In this document: positions 1 through 9,172 of the stretch, one piece after another
How positions within the stretch are numbered: position 1 is the first letter of the stretch
Layout of the letters: every line of letters begins with the position of its first letter
Assembly: GCA_035708865.1 (NCBI GenBank)
Contig: DASTFF010000001.1
Location: 4,333 to 68,332, forward strand
DNA length: 64,000 bases
Origin: Gemmatimonadota bacterium
Lineage (GTDB): Bacteria > Gemmatimonadota > Gemmatimonadetes > JACCXV01 > JAHWKZ01
Direction of reading: 5' to 3'
Position numbers and translations under genes: made by a program
The notes under the pieces: generated by a model
What the model saw: only the letters and a program-made list of their open reading frames with translations
Databases searched by the model: none
Told to the model about the DNA's origin: nothing

Positions 1-683
1 AGGCTCGTCTTCCCGGTGCTCGGACGGCCGGCCACGATGATCAAATCGCCGAGCTGGAACCCGGCCGTGTAGTTGTCCAGGTCCGTGAGGCCCGTCGGCG
101 CGCCGGTGATCTTTTCCTTGCGTGAGGACAGCGATTCGAGCTGATTGATGGCGCCGTGCAGGAGCTGGCTGATGGGCATGAACGACTTCTTGAAACGATG
201 CTCCGACAGGCCGAAGATCCGGGCCTCGGCCCGGTTGAGCAGATCGTCGGCATCGTCGGGCGACTCGAAGGCCTCGGATACGATCTCGGTGCCCGCCGAG
301 ATGAGCCGTCTCTTGATCGCCAGGTCGAGCACGATCTTGACGTGGTACTTCAGGTTGGCCGCGGTGGGGACGATGTCGACGATGCGGGCCAGGTACTCGG
401 CCCCGCCAGCCTCGTCGAGCAGTCCCATCCGTCTCAGCTCCTCGCGCACCGCGAGCGCGTCGGACGCGTGACCCTGGTCCCGTATGCTGACGACGGCGCG
501 GAAGATGTGGCGATGGGCGGGCTGATGGAAGTCGTCCTCGGAGAGGGTCTCCATCGCCTCGTCGGCGGCCGTCTCCTCCAGCAGCATCGCCCCCAGCACC
601 GAGATCTCCGCCTCGTCGGAATGGGGGGGCACCCGGAACGCCTGGCGACTTCGTGATGGCTGGGCTACCAGCGTGTCATCCAT
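1..683 (-). CDS. dnaB: Replicative DNA helicase, N-terminal part (runs off window start)
   Basis: Manual translation MDDTLVAQPSRSRQAFRVPPHSDEAEISVLGAML...TGAPTGLTDLDNYTAGFQLGDLIIVAGRPSTGKT (Walker A). ATG at 683 with GAGAGGG upstream. Confidence 0.95.
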   Translation of the reverse strand, partial: MDDTLVAQPSRSRQAFRVPPHSDEAEISVLGAMLLEETAADEAMETLSEDDFHQPAHRHIFRAVVSIRDQGHASDALAVREELRRMGLLDEAGGAEYLARIVDIVPTAANLKYHVKIVLDLAIKRRLISAGTEIVSEAFESPDDADDLLNRAEARIFGLSEHRFKKSFMPISQLLHGAINQLESLSSRKEKITGAPTGLTDLDNYTAGFQLGDLIIVAGRPSTGKTS

Positions 684-701
684 CGGCTTTCCCTCTCGGC
701 T

Positions 702-1433
702 TCATGGCTCGGCCCGCTCGTCGTAGACGCGCCGGGCGAGCTGGACGTCCTCCCAGGTGGGGCGCTTGAGCTGGGGGTTGCGAAGCAGCGCCGCAGGGTG
801 GTAGGTGGCGACCAGCGGGACCCCCCGGAACTCGAACACACGCCCGCGCAGCGCGGCCATCGCGCCGTCCACGCCGAGCAAGGTCCGCGCCGCGTGCCGC
901 CCGAGGGTAAGGATCACGAGGGGGCGAACCAGCTCGATCTGGCGCTCCAGGTACGGCAGGCAGGCCTGGACCTGGTGCGGGGCCGGGTCCGCGTTCCCCG
1001 GCGGCCGGCTCTTTAGGATGTTGGTGATGAAGACCTCTTCCCGGTTGAGCCCGATCGCTTCCAGGATCTTGGTCAGCAGCTGCCCGGCCCGGCCGACGAA
1101 CGCCTCACCCTGCTGGTCCTCGTGAAAGCCCGGCGCCTCTCCCACGACCATGAACCTGGACACGGGGGTCCCGCTGCCGAAGACCCCCTGGGTGCGGGTC
1201 CGATGGAGCTCGCAGCGCGTGCACGCCAGGACTTCGCGCCGAAGGTCCTCCCAGGCCGCCGCGTCGAACTCGCCGGCCGCCGCGTCCGCCGTCGGCCCCT
1301 CGACGGTCCCGGGCGACGCCTCCTCGGGCTCGGCTCCACCTTCGCTTCCCGGGACCCGGTACAGGAAGCGCTCGCCGAGCAAGTGCGCGTGGACGAGCCG
1401 GCGCCGGGCCTCCTCGCGATCGCCCCCGGTCAC
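702..1433 (-). CDS. udg: Uracil-DNA glycosylase, family 4 (Fe-S)
   Basis: CTRCELH, VGEAPG, FVGRAGQLL, TYHPAALLR motifs. GTG start inferred from GTGA overlap with the coaBC stop. Confidence 0.92.
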   Translation of the reverse strand: MTGGDREEARRRLVHAHLLGERFLYRVPGSEGGAEPEEASPGTVEGPTADAAAGEFDAAAWEDLRREVLACTRCELHRTRTQGVFGSGTPVSRFMVVGEAPGFHEDQQGEAFVGRAGQLLTKILEAIGLNREEVFITNILKSRPPGNADPAPHQVQACLPYLERQIELVRPLVILTLGRHAARTLLGVDGAMAALRGRVFEFRGVPLVATYHPAALLRNPQLKRPTWEDVQLARRVYDERAEP

Positions 1434-2683
1434 CGGACCGGGCTGGCCGCGCCCGCGCGCTCCACGACCTCGCGGAGCAGGCGCTCGGCGAGGGCTTCCT
1501 TGGGCATCCGCTCGAAGCGCATCCGCAGGCCCTCGGAACCCAGCAGCGTCACGGCGTTGGTCTCGTGGGCGAATCCCGCCCCCTCCTCCAGCGGGTTGTT
1601 CACCACCATGAAGTCGCAACCCTTGGCGATCCGCTTCTCTTCCGCGCGACGCTCAGGCTCGTCGGTCTCGACCGCGAAGCCGACGACGACCGTGCCCGGC
1701 TCCCGCTCGACGGCGGCACGGGCGAGGATGTCGGGAGTCGGCTCGAGGCTAAGGATACCATTCCACTCCGACTTCTTGATCTTGTGCGCCGACTTCCGCG
1801 GCGGCCGCCAATCGGTGACGGCGGCTGTCATCCAGAGCTGGGCCGCCCCCGGCAGGGCCTCGAGGACGGCCTCGGACATCTCCTCGGCGGTCCGGACCGC
1901 CCCCGCGGTCATGTAGGGAGGCAAATCGATGCCGGCGGGTCCGTGGATCAACGTGACCTCGGCGCCGTGCCGCCAGGCGGCCCGCGCCACCGCGAACCCC
2001 ATCCGGCCGGTCGAACGATTGGTCAGGATACGGGCCGGGTCGATGTCGGCCTCGGTCCGGCCCGCGGTCACCACGACCCGCCGGCCGGCGAGGGCCCCGC
2101 TCCCGTTCAGCAGCCGATCCGCAGCGGCCAGGATGGGCGCGTTCCCGGGCCAGCGGCCGACGCCGAACTCGCCGCACGCCAGCGGGCCCTCGTCAGGGGT
2201 CACCAGCCACGCGCCCCGCTCCCGCAGGAGGGCCCGGTTGGCGGCCACCGCGGGGTGGGCGTACATGGTCGCGTTCATGGAGGGCACGAAGACGACCGGG
2301 GTCCGGCCCGGATCCACGGCCAGCAACGTCGTGCTGAGGAGGTCATCGGCCAGGCCGGTGGCGGCCTTGGCCAGGATGCTGGCGGTGGCGGGCGCCACCA
2401 GGACGAGGTCGACGCCGCGCGCGAAGTCCAGGTGGGGAAAGCGGGCGTACTCCTCGTCGTCCGCCCCCGCCGGCCAGTCGGTCCACAGCTCGCTGGCGGC
2501 CCGCTCGCCCGACAGGGCCTCGAACAGAGCCGGCCGCACGAGCTCGGCGGCGGACCTGGTGAGAACGATCCTCACGCGCGCGCCCGCCCGCTGCAGGTCG
2601 CGCATCAGGTCGACGGCCTTGTAGCACGCGATCCCCGACGTCACGCCGAGCGTGACGACGCGACCGGCGAGCAGGTCGCTCAC
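1430..2683 (-). CDS. coaBC: Bifunctional phosphopantothenoylcysteine decarboxylase/synthetase
   Basis: GVTSGIACYK, APATAS, PSMNATMY, LACGEFGVGRW, TAGRTEADIDPAR, NRSTGRMG, VGFAVET. Confidence 0.95.
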   Translation of the reverse strand: MSDLLAGRVVTLGVTSGIACYKAVDLMRDLQRAGARVRIVLTRSAAELVRPALFEALSGERAASELWTDWPAGADDEEYARFPHLDFARGVDLVLVAPATASILAKAATGLADDLLSTTLLAVDPGRTPVVFVPSMNATMYAHPAVAANRALLRERGAWLVTPDEGPLACGEFGVGRWPGNAPILAAADRLLNGSGALAGRRVVVTAGRTEADIDPARILTNRSTGRMGFAVARAAWRHGAEVTLIHGPAGIDLPPYMTAGAVRTAEEMSEAVLEALPGAAQLWMTAAVTDWRPPRKSAHKIKKSEWNGILSLEPTPDILARAAVEREPGTVVVGFAVETDEPERRAEEKRIAKGCDFMVVNNPLEEGAGFAHETNAVTLLGSEGLRMRFERMPKEALAERLLREVVERAGAASPVR

Positions 2684-2898
2684 GAGGCGGGGGCCCGCTT
2701 GTCGACGATATCGTACTCGATCCTGCCCGCCACCAGGTCCTCGAGGGAGCGGGTCGTGTACTTCTTTTTCCATTCCTTGCCGCCTTCCTTGGGCAGCTCG
2801 TTGAGCTTGCGCGCGTAGGCGGCGGTCACGACGAGCGCCTCGTACTTGTTGCTGTCGGGCGTCGCCACGGCGATCTGTCCGGGTGTGAATACCTTCAT
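2680..2898 (-). CDS. rpoZ: RNA polymerase omega subunit
   Basis: 72 aa with NKYEALVVTAAYARKL, in the canonical gmk-rpoZ-coaBC position. Confidence 0.85.
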   Translation of the reverse strand: MKVFTPGQIAVATPDSNKYEALVVTAAYARKLNELPKEGGKEWKKKYTTRSLEDLVAGRIEYDIVDKRAPAS

Positions 2899-2917
2899 GA
2901 GTGTCCTCCTTGACGTT

Positions 2918-3586
2918 TTATCGTGTTCCCCGCTTCAAGCCCGCCGTGCGGGAAAAGTGCTGGTCGATCCAGGCTTCCAGGTCCTCCATCCGCGAGCGGC
3001 GGTGCTCCTCGGCGTGGATGATGTGCGCGAACGTATCGACGGTGTCGTCCAGCTCGCGGTTCACGACGACGTAGTCGTAGCGTCTCACCGCGTCGATCTC
3101 CCCGACCGCGTCTTCGAGCCGGCGGGCGATGGCGGCCGCCGACTCCGTCCCCCGGCCGCGCAGGCGTGCCTCCATGGCCGCGTGGGACGGCGGCAGGAGG
3201 AAGATCGAAACGGCCTCGGGGTAGAGATCCAGCAGGCTCGCTCCTCCCTGGACGTCCACGTCCAGCAGCACGTGGTGACCAGCGCCGAGCGCCGACTCGA
3301 TGTCGGCCTTCGGGGTGCCGTACAGATGGCCGTGGACGACCGCCCACTCGGCCAGCTCCCCGGCGTCCCGGGCGCGTTCGAACTCCACCTCGTCCACGAA
3401 ACGGTAGTCCGAGTCGTCGATCTCGCCCGGCCGCGGTCCTCGCGTGGTCAACGAGACCGCGAACCGGATGTACGGGAAGCGCTGGAAGATCTCCCTGGCG
3501 ACCGTGGTCTTCCCGGTCCCGCTGGGCGCCGACAGCACGATCGGGAACGGGACCATCCGGGGAAGCGGCGTCGCATCACCGGTCAT
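2918..3586 (-). CDS. gmk: Guanylate kinase
   Basis: SAPSGTGKTT, TTRGPRPGE, EWAVVHGHLYGT, LDVDVQG. Confidence 0.97.
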   Translation of the reverse strand: MTGDATPLPRMVPFPIVLSAPSGTGKTTVAREIFQRFPYIRFAVSLTTRGPRPGEIDDSDYRFVDEVEFERARDAGELAEWAVVHGHLYGTPKADIESALGAGHHVLLDVDVQGGASLLDLYPEAVSIFLLPPSHAAMEARLRGRGTESAAAIARRLEDAVGEIDAVRRYDYVVVNRELDDTVDTFAHIIHAEEHRRSRMEDLEAWIDQHFSRTAGLKRGTR

Positions 3587-4476
3587 TCCACGTTCTCCGC
3601 CTGCTCGCGCATCTTCTCGAGCTCGGCCTTCATCTCGATCGCCAGGCGCTGCATCTCGGCGTCGTTGGATTTCGACCCGATCGTGTTGGCTTCCCGTCCG
3701 AGCTCCTGCAGGAGGAACGTCAACTTCCTTCCCACCGCCTCGCCGGTGGCCTGCAGCTCCGACTCGAAATGGTCGAGATGGGCCGCCATCCGAGTCAGCT
3801 CCTCGGAGATGTCCAGGCGATCGGCGAGGAGGACGATCTCCTGCGCCACACGCTGATCCACCACCGCGTCATCGTCGATTTCGACGAGGGTCCGGACCTT
3901 GGCCTGCAGACGCTCGCGCTCGCGCTCCTCCCGTTGCGGCGCCAGCGCCGCGACCCCGTCCCGGAGCTCGCGCAGCCGTGCCAGGCGGGAGGAGAAATCG
4001 GCCGCCAACGCTTCGCCTTCCGTGCTGCGGCTCGCCACGACGCCGTCCAGCGCCGTATCGAGCGCGCGCCCCGCGCCGTCCCGGAAGGTCGCCTCCTCGA
4101 TCACCGTGTCGGCCTCCCAGACGAGGACGCCCGGCAGGCCCAGGAGCGCCTCGACCGTGACCCCGCTCCGCACGCCCGGGAGACCTTCCAGGCCGGCCGC
4201 GATTCCGAGCAGCCGGTCCAGCACGTCCCGGTTCAGACGCGGCGGCCGTCCGTCCGCCCGCTCCGCGGGCTCGACCTCCACGCTCACGGACAGATGCCCG
4301 CGCTCGCAGCGGGCCGCGCAACGCGCCGCCACGAAGCTCTCCAGGTGCGAGAACTCGCGCGGAAGCCGGATGTGGGTGTTGAGGAACCGGTGATTGACCG
4401 ATTTGATCTCGGCGAGAAACCGGTAGCCCCCGGCCTCCACCTCGCCGCGGCCATAGCCCGTCATGCTGCGGATCAT
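3583..4476 (-). CDS. yicC: YicC/YloC family endoribonuclease
   Basis: MIRSMTGYGRG, EIKSVNHRF, GRKLTFLLQELGREANTIGSK, EKMREQAENVE. Confidence 0.95.
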   Translation of the reverse strand: MIRSMTGYGRGEVEAGGYRFLAEIKSVNHRFLNTHIRLPREFSHLESFVAARCAARCERGHLSVSVEVEPAERADGRPPRLNRDVLDRLLGIAAGLEGLPGVRSGVTVEALLGLPGVLVWEADTVIEEATFRDGAGRALDTALDGVVASRSTEGEALAADFSSRLARLRELRDGVAALAPQREERERERLQAKVRTLVEIDDDAVVDQRVAQEIVLLADRLDISEELTRMAAHLDHFESELQATGEAVGRKLTFLLQELGREANTIGSKSNDAEMQRLAIEMKAELEKMREQAENVE

Positions 4477-4552
4477 TCGCTCCTCCCGCAGCCATTGGAA
4501 TGTATCCGTGAACGCGATCGCCCGCAACGACGGCGGCGCGCCGGATCCGGCC

Positions 4553-4948
4553 TCACACGCGGCGCTCCAGCTCGCCCGGCAGGAGCTGGGAAATCGCCGA
4601 CAGCCCGCTCCGGACCGCCCGGATCAAGTCCACGTTGCCTTCCCAGTGCTCGAGGACGATCGACTCGTCGATCCGGTTGAGAAGGCTGTGCATGGCGAGC
4701 AGGACGACCACCACGTCGTCGACCTGCCCGAGACCCGGGACGAAGTCGGGGACGACGTCCAGCGGCGAGACGAGGTAGAGGAGCGTTCCCCCGACGACGA
4801 GCTTGCTGCGGCGCGGAACGCGGGGGTCGCCGATCAACCGCTTGAGCAGGAGCGCGAAGTGCGGCAGGAAGAGCGCCAGGTCGCGCAGGACCCGCCCGGC
4901 CCGGGAACCCTCCGGCAAGGCCTTGTCGGCCGGCTCCAGCTCACGCAT
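4553..4948 (-). CDS. YkvA/DUF1232 family membrane protein
   Basis: YLVSPLDVVPDFVPGLGQVDD motif. Confidence 0.88.
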   Translation of the reverse strand: MRELEPADKALPEGSRAGRVLRDLALFLPHFALLLKRLIGDPRVPRRSKLVVGGTLLYLVSPLDVVPDFVPGLGQVDDVVVVLLAMHSLLNRIDESIVLEHWEGNVDLIRAVRSGLSAISQLLPGELERRV

Positions 4949-5738
4949 CGAGCCCCCCCGCCGCGCGCTCCATGCCGTCCTCGACCTCGCGACGGCCGGA
5001 GGCGCTGGCGCGCGCCGCCGCCACCCCGGCCCCGAACCCGTTGTCGATGTTGACGACCACGACCCCGGGCGCACACGAATTCAGCATGGTGAGCAGGGCG
5101 GCCAGGCCCTGGAACGAAGCCCCGTATCCGACCGAGGTCGGCACCGCGATCACCGGCCCGCGGGCCAACCCGCCAACGACCGAAGCCAGCGCGCCGTCCA
5201 TGCCCGCGACCACCACCACCGCCGCGGCGGCGGCGATGCCCGCGGCGCGCTCGAGGATGCGGTCGATCCCCGCGACGCCGACGTCGATCGCGGTTTCGAC
5301 CGGCCGCCCGAACATGCGCAGGGTCTCGAGCGCCTCCTCGGCCACCGGCTGATCGCCGGTTCCGGCCGTGATCACCAGGACCGGCCCGCCGGTCGGACGT
5401 TCCGGACGTCCGGCGGAGACCGTCCGCGCGATCGGGTTGTGGACGGCCCCGGGGACGGCGGCGGCGATCGCCGCGGCGTGGTCGACTTCGGCCCGGGTGG
5501 CGAGCAGCCGGCCCGACCGGCGCCAGATCCGCTCGGCGATGGCGGCCGCCTGGAGCGGCGTCTTCCCCTCGCAGAAGACGACCTCGGGAAGCCCCGTCCG
5601 CTCCTCCCGACGGTGGTCGATGGTGGCGAACGGGAGCCGCTCGTGCGGCCAGCCGGAAAGCCGCCGGCACGCCTCGTCGAGGTCGAGCTCGCCGCTCTCC
5701 AGGGCCAACAGCGTGGTGCGCAGGTAAGAGTCCGCCAT
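4941..5738 (-). CDS. larB: Nickel-pincer cofactor biosynthesis protein LarB (PurE/AIR-carboxylase-like)
   Basis: IDHRREERTGLPEVVFCEGKT, AGTGD, DVGVAG, VAGMDGAL, VPTSVGYG, LNSCAPG, VVNIDNGFGA. Confidence 0.92.
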   Translation of the reverse strand: MADSYLRTTLLALESGELDLDEACRRLSGWPHERLPFATIDHRREERTGLPEVVFCEGKTPLQAAAIAERIWRRSGRLLATRAEVDHAAAIAAAVPGAVHNPIARTVSAGRPERPTGGPVLVITAGTGDQPVAEEALETLRMFGRPVETAIDVGVAGIDRILERAAGIAAAAAVVVVAGMDGALASVVGGLARGPVIAVPTSVGYGASFQGLAALLTMLNSCAPGVVVVNIDNGFGAGVAAARASASGRREVEDGMERAAGGLDA

Positions 5739-5802
5739 TAGGTTGAGTCTATCGCGCCGCGAGATCGAGTTCCACATCCGACCGCACGGCATTCCAAGGG
5801 AG

Positions 5803-6540
5803 ATGACGATGGCGCGCTGGGAGACGCCGCCGGGGAGGCCCCGGCTGGCCAAGGACGAGGTCCACGTCTGGCGGATCTCGCTGCCCTCGATCGAGCCGCG
5901 CCGGGCGTGGGAGACCCTCTCCGACGAGGAGCGACGGCGGGCGGCGCGGCATCGCTTCGCCGTCCACAGGAGCCGCTTCATCGCCGGCCGGGCCGCCCTG
6001 CGTGCGGTGCTGTCCGCCTACCTCGACGTCGACGCCGCCGACGTACCGCTTGTAACCGGGGCCGGCGGAAGACCGCGCCTGGCCGGCGATCCGGACCTCG
6101 ACTTCAACCTGGCCCACTCCGGGGACGTCGCGTTGATCGCGGTGGCACGCGGGCGGGCGGTGGGGATCGACGTCGAGCGCCTGCGGCGCGGGGTCCCCTA
6201 CGATCGGCTGGCCCGACGCTTCTTCGCGCCGCGCGAGGCCGAGGACCTGCGGCGCGTTCCGGCCGCGCTCAGGCCGGCGGCCTTCTTCGCCTGCTGGACG
6301 CGGAAGGAAGCCTGGCTCAAGGCCTCCGGATACGGCCTAGAGCGGGGCCTTCCGTCGGCCCTTCCGCGCTTCGCGGTCCCGGTCGAGCCCCGCCTGCCGG
6401 CTCTCGCGGTCACGCTGCCCGACCGGCCGGAGGAGAGCGCCCGCTGGACCCTGGTCGACGTGGGCGTGGGCTCGGGCTATGCCGGGGCGCTGGCCGTCGA
6501 AGGACCCCTGCAGGCCCGGTTCTACCTTTGGGCGTCCTGA
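5803..6540 (+). CDS. Sfp-type 4'-phosphopantetheinyl transferase
   Basis: FNLAHSG, VGIDVE, WTRKEAWLKA motifs; AAGGGAG RBS before the ATG. Confidence 0.92.
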   Translation: MTMARWETPPGRPRLAKDEVHVWRISLPSIEPRRAWETLSDEERRRAARHRFAVHRSRFIAGRAALRAVLSAYLDVDAADVPLVTGAGGRPRLAGDPDLDFNLAHSGDVALIAVARGRAVGIDVERLRRGVPYDRLARRFFAPREAEDLRRVPAALRPAAFFACWTRKEAWLKASGYGLERGLPSALPRFAVPVEPRLPALAVTLPDRPEESARWTLVDVGVGSGYAGALAVEGPLQARFYLWAS

Positions 6541-7817
6541 GCCCTGCGGCTCGTCGCCCAGCGGTCCTCCTCGTCGGCGCCCTGGCCCTGACCGCCGCGG
6601 CACCCGAGGCGCGGGCCCAGGAGCGCCGGCCGTCCGAACCGATCCCCCTGGGAGAGCCGGCCGAGCCCGGGCCGGCTCCGCTCCCCGGGGTCGACGGGCC
6701 GGTGGCGGCGCTTCCCGAAGCCGAGGAGGCGGGCCAGGCCTGGCCGTGGCTGGTCGACCTGCACGGCGTCTACGGCGTCACGCTCGCGCGCTACAATCGC
6801 GTCCACGGCCTCGTCCCCGCCTGGGGGCTGGATCTCGAGCCGGTCGATCCGGCGCGGACCCCGGCCCTGGGGGGCGAGTACGGGCGTTCGACCACCCATT
6901 CACGGGGCCTGTGGAACGTCTGGCTCGAGCAGCGGCTCCCGCTGCCCGGCGAGGTCCGGCTCCGTTTCGAGCACTTCCAGCGGACGGCCACCTTCGACGG
7001 CTGGAAGATCACCGAGCGCGAGAACGACATGGCCAGCTTCCTGACGGGATCCGACCTGATGGACTGGTGGCGGGAAAAGGGATACCGGATCGAGCTCCAC
7101 GGGGAGACCGTCGACGCCCGGCTCTCCGGCAGGATCTCCCTGCTGGACGCCAGCCAGCACTCGGAGCGTAACCGGTCGCCGTTCGTCCTCTTCGGCGGCG
7201 ACGATGACTTCCGGCCCAATCCGGAGATCGGGGGCGGCGACCTGCGGAGCGTGACGGTGGGGGGCCGCCTCGACACCCGCGATATCCAGAGCCCGCTCCT
7301 GCCGTCCCCGGGATGGCGCCTCGAAGTCGAGGTCGAGGGGGCCGGCGGGCCGCTCGGCGCGGACCTGGACTTCGTGCGCGGGTTCGTCGATCTGCGACGC
7401 TATACGCGGCTGGGAGGCGACGTGTGGTGGGATGCCAGGCTCGTCTGGCTGGGCCCGCTGGACGGAGACGGCGTGCCCCCGCAGCGCAAGGCGGCGCTGG
7501 GCGGCCCGGGCTCGCTGCGGGGTTTTCCCGCCGGCCGCTTCGTGGGCGAAGAGGCGCTCCAGGCCTCCACCGAGGCGCGCTTCCCGCTGCCCCTGTTCCG
7601 GCCGCTCGACGCCCTGTTTCTCTCCTGGCACCTGGTCGGCTTCGCCGACGCGGCGGCCATCGACGACTACGACCGGTGGCACGCCGACGTAGGGGCTGGC
7701 GTATCGGGCATCAATCTCTTTTCTTATGTCGGCTTCTTCGTGGCGCAGCGGGTAACCGACACGGGTGAGCCGGACGACGGCCCGCGCTTCCTGGTCCGCT
7801 TGCGGCGCGATTTCTGA
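6528..7817 (+). CDS. Omp85/BamA-TamA-like outer-membrane beta-barrel protein (start uncertain)
   Basis: Signal-like segment AVLLVGALALTAAAPEARA-Q, amphipathic beta strands, GGPGSLRGF (Omp85 loop-6 RGF-like motif), C-terminal Phe. Confidence 0.7.
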   Translation: MGVLSPAARRPAVLLVGALALTAAAPEARAQERRPSEPIPLGEPAEPGPAPLPGVDGPVAALPEAEEAGQAWPWLVDLHGVYGVTLARYNRVHGLVPAWGLDLEPVDPARTPALGGEYGRSTTHSRGLWNVWLEQRLPLPGEVRLRFEHFQRTATFDGWKITERENDMASFLTGSDLMDWWREKGYRIELHGETVDARLSGRISLLDASQHSERNRSPFVLFGGDDDFRPNPEIGGGDLRSVTVGGRLDTRDIQSPLLPSPGWRLEVEVEGAGGPLGADLDFVRGFVDLRRYTRLGGDVWWDARLVWLGPLDGDGVPPQRKAALGGPGSLRGFPAGRFVGEEALQASTEARFPLPLFRPLDALFLSWHLVGFADAAAIDDYDRWHADVGAGVSGINLFSYVGFFVAQRVTDTGEPDDGPRFLVRLRRDF

Positions 7818-7923
7818 TGGTTCGTGGAGCGGGGCTGCCGGCATGGCATGGAAATGGTAGCGTCCCCCTCGTCCGACAGGGGCCGCTGGCTCCGACATCT
7901 CCCGAATGGAGGATGAATCCCAC

Positions 7924-8376
7924 ATGAAGCTGGTCGAATTCCTGTCGCGCGACGAAGTGTCGCTCGATCTCCAGGACAGGACCAAGGACGAGGCGCTGCG
8001 CGAGATGGTCGAGCTCCTGCGTCTGGACGAGAGCTCCACCGAGAGCCTGTTCAAGCTGCTCCGGAAACGGGAGAACCTGGGCTCGACGGGCATTGGCAAG
8101 CACGTCGCCATCCCCCACTGCCGGTCGCTCGTGGTCGACCGGTTGCGCGTGGCGTACGGACGCAGCTCAAAGGGAATCGAGTTCGACGCCATCGACGACA
8201 AGCCGGTGAACCACATCTTCCTCATCGTGGCCCCGCCCGTCGAGATCTCCAATCAGTATCTGCCTGTGCTGGGAAAGATCGCGCAGTTCTGCAAGGACCC
8301 ACAGAACCTTGCGCGGCTGGACGAGGTCCAGACCATCGACGAGTTCTTCGACGCCGTCGAGCGGTCGGCCAGCTGA
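7924..8376 (+). CDS. PTS EIIA (PtsN/fructose-type) domain protein
   Basis: RENLGSTGIGKHVAIPH phospho-His motif, FDAIDDKPV; GGAGGA RBS. Confidence 0.92.
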   Translation: MKLVEFLSRDEVSLDLQDRTKDEALREMVELLRLDESSTESLFKLLRKRENLGSTGIGKHVAIPHCRSLVVDRLRVAYGRSSKGIEFDAIDDKPVNHIFLIVAPPVEISNQYLPVLGKIAQFCKDPQNLARLDEVQTIDEFFDAVERSAS

Positions 8377-8390
8377 ACGAGGAGGACGCC

Positions 8391-8723
8391 CTGGATATCG
8401 GAATCGAGCTGCTGATCGCGCTTCAGGACCTGCTTCAGCTCAAGCGGGACCTGCAGGACAAGAGCTACGAGATGATCGGGTTCGAGACGGGTGGCGAGTC
8501 GGTCATCGATGCGGAGATCGAAAGCCTGCGCGGAGAGATCGACCGCCCCCTGCTGCGCCGCTTCGATCGTATCGCGACCAAGTACGACCGGCCTCTCGTG
8601 CCGGTGCGGAACGGCGTCTGCTACGGCTGCTTCGTCCAGTACCCGACCGCCAAGATTGCGGGGCTCGGCGCCACGCCGACGACCTGCGAGAGCTGCGGCC
8701 GGCTGCTCTACCGCATTCCCTGA
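8391..8723 (+). CDS. C4-type zinc-ribbon protein (DUF164-like, short), probable CTG start
   Basis: CYGC...CESCGRLLY. The frame extends upstream to a CTG just after GAGGAGG, giving LDIGIELLIALQDL. Confidence 0.75.
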   Translation: MDIGIELLIALQDLLQLKRDLQDKSYEMIGFETGGESVIDAEIESLRGEIDRPLLRRFDRIATKYDRPLVPVRNGVCYGCFVQYPTAKIAGLGATPTTCESCGRLLYRIP

Positions 8724-9172
8724 ATGGGCTCCTCCGCGCCCGGCGGCGCGGAGGGGGCGCGCACCCGCAGGCGCATAAGCGCGGTCTGGTCCCCGGCCTC
8801 CAGCTTGTACCAGTAGACCCCCGCCGGCACCGGCTCCCCGTTCATATCCTGACCGTCCCATGCCACCCGGTGGAGTCCGCGCCCCTGGCGCTGGTCGACG
8901 AGGACGGCGACTTCCTGGGCCAGCAGGTTGTACACGGTGAGCCGCACGTGCGCCTCGTTCTCCAGCCGGTAGGTGAAGATCGTCGGGCTGACGCCGGGGG
9001 TGAACGGATTGGGGAAGTTCTGCTCGAGGCGGAAGCCGGCCTCCGCGCCGCCGGTCTGGGCCGACGCCGACGGCGGCACGATCAGCGCGCCCGCCAGCAG
9101 CGCGAGGAGGGCCGGGCGTGCGATCCGGCTACGGGGCCCGGACGACCCAGGCGTCGGCGTAGCCGGCGGCAC
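8708..9172 (-). CDS. Secreted protein consisting of a FlgD-Ig/T9SS type-A sorting-like domain (start uncertain)
   Basis: Signal segment then LEQNFPNPF...LTVYNLLAQEVAVL...WDGQDMNGEPVPAGVYWYKL. Confidence 0.75.
   Translation of the reverse strand: MPPATPTPGSSGPRSRIARPALLALLAGALIVPPSASAQTGGAEAGFRLEQNFPNPFTPGVSPTIFTYRLENEAHVRLTVYNLLAQEVAVLVDQRQGRGLHRVAWDGQDMNGEPVPAGVYWYKLEAGDQTALMRLRVRAPSAPPGAEEPIQGMR

Noticed and set aside
7844-7858. Sigma54 promoter upstream of the PTS EIIA gene (TGGCATGGAAATGGT)
   Set aside because: The -24 element fits, but the conserved -12 GC is absent.
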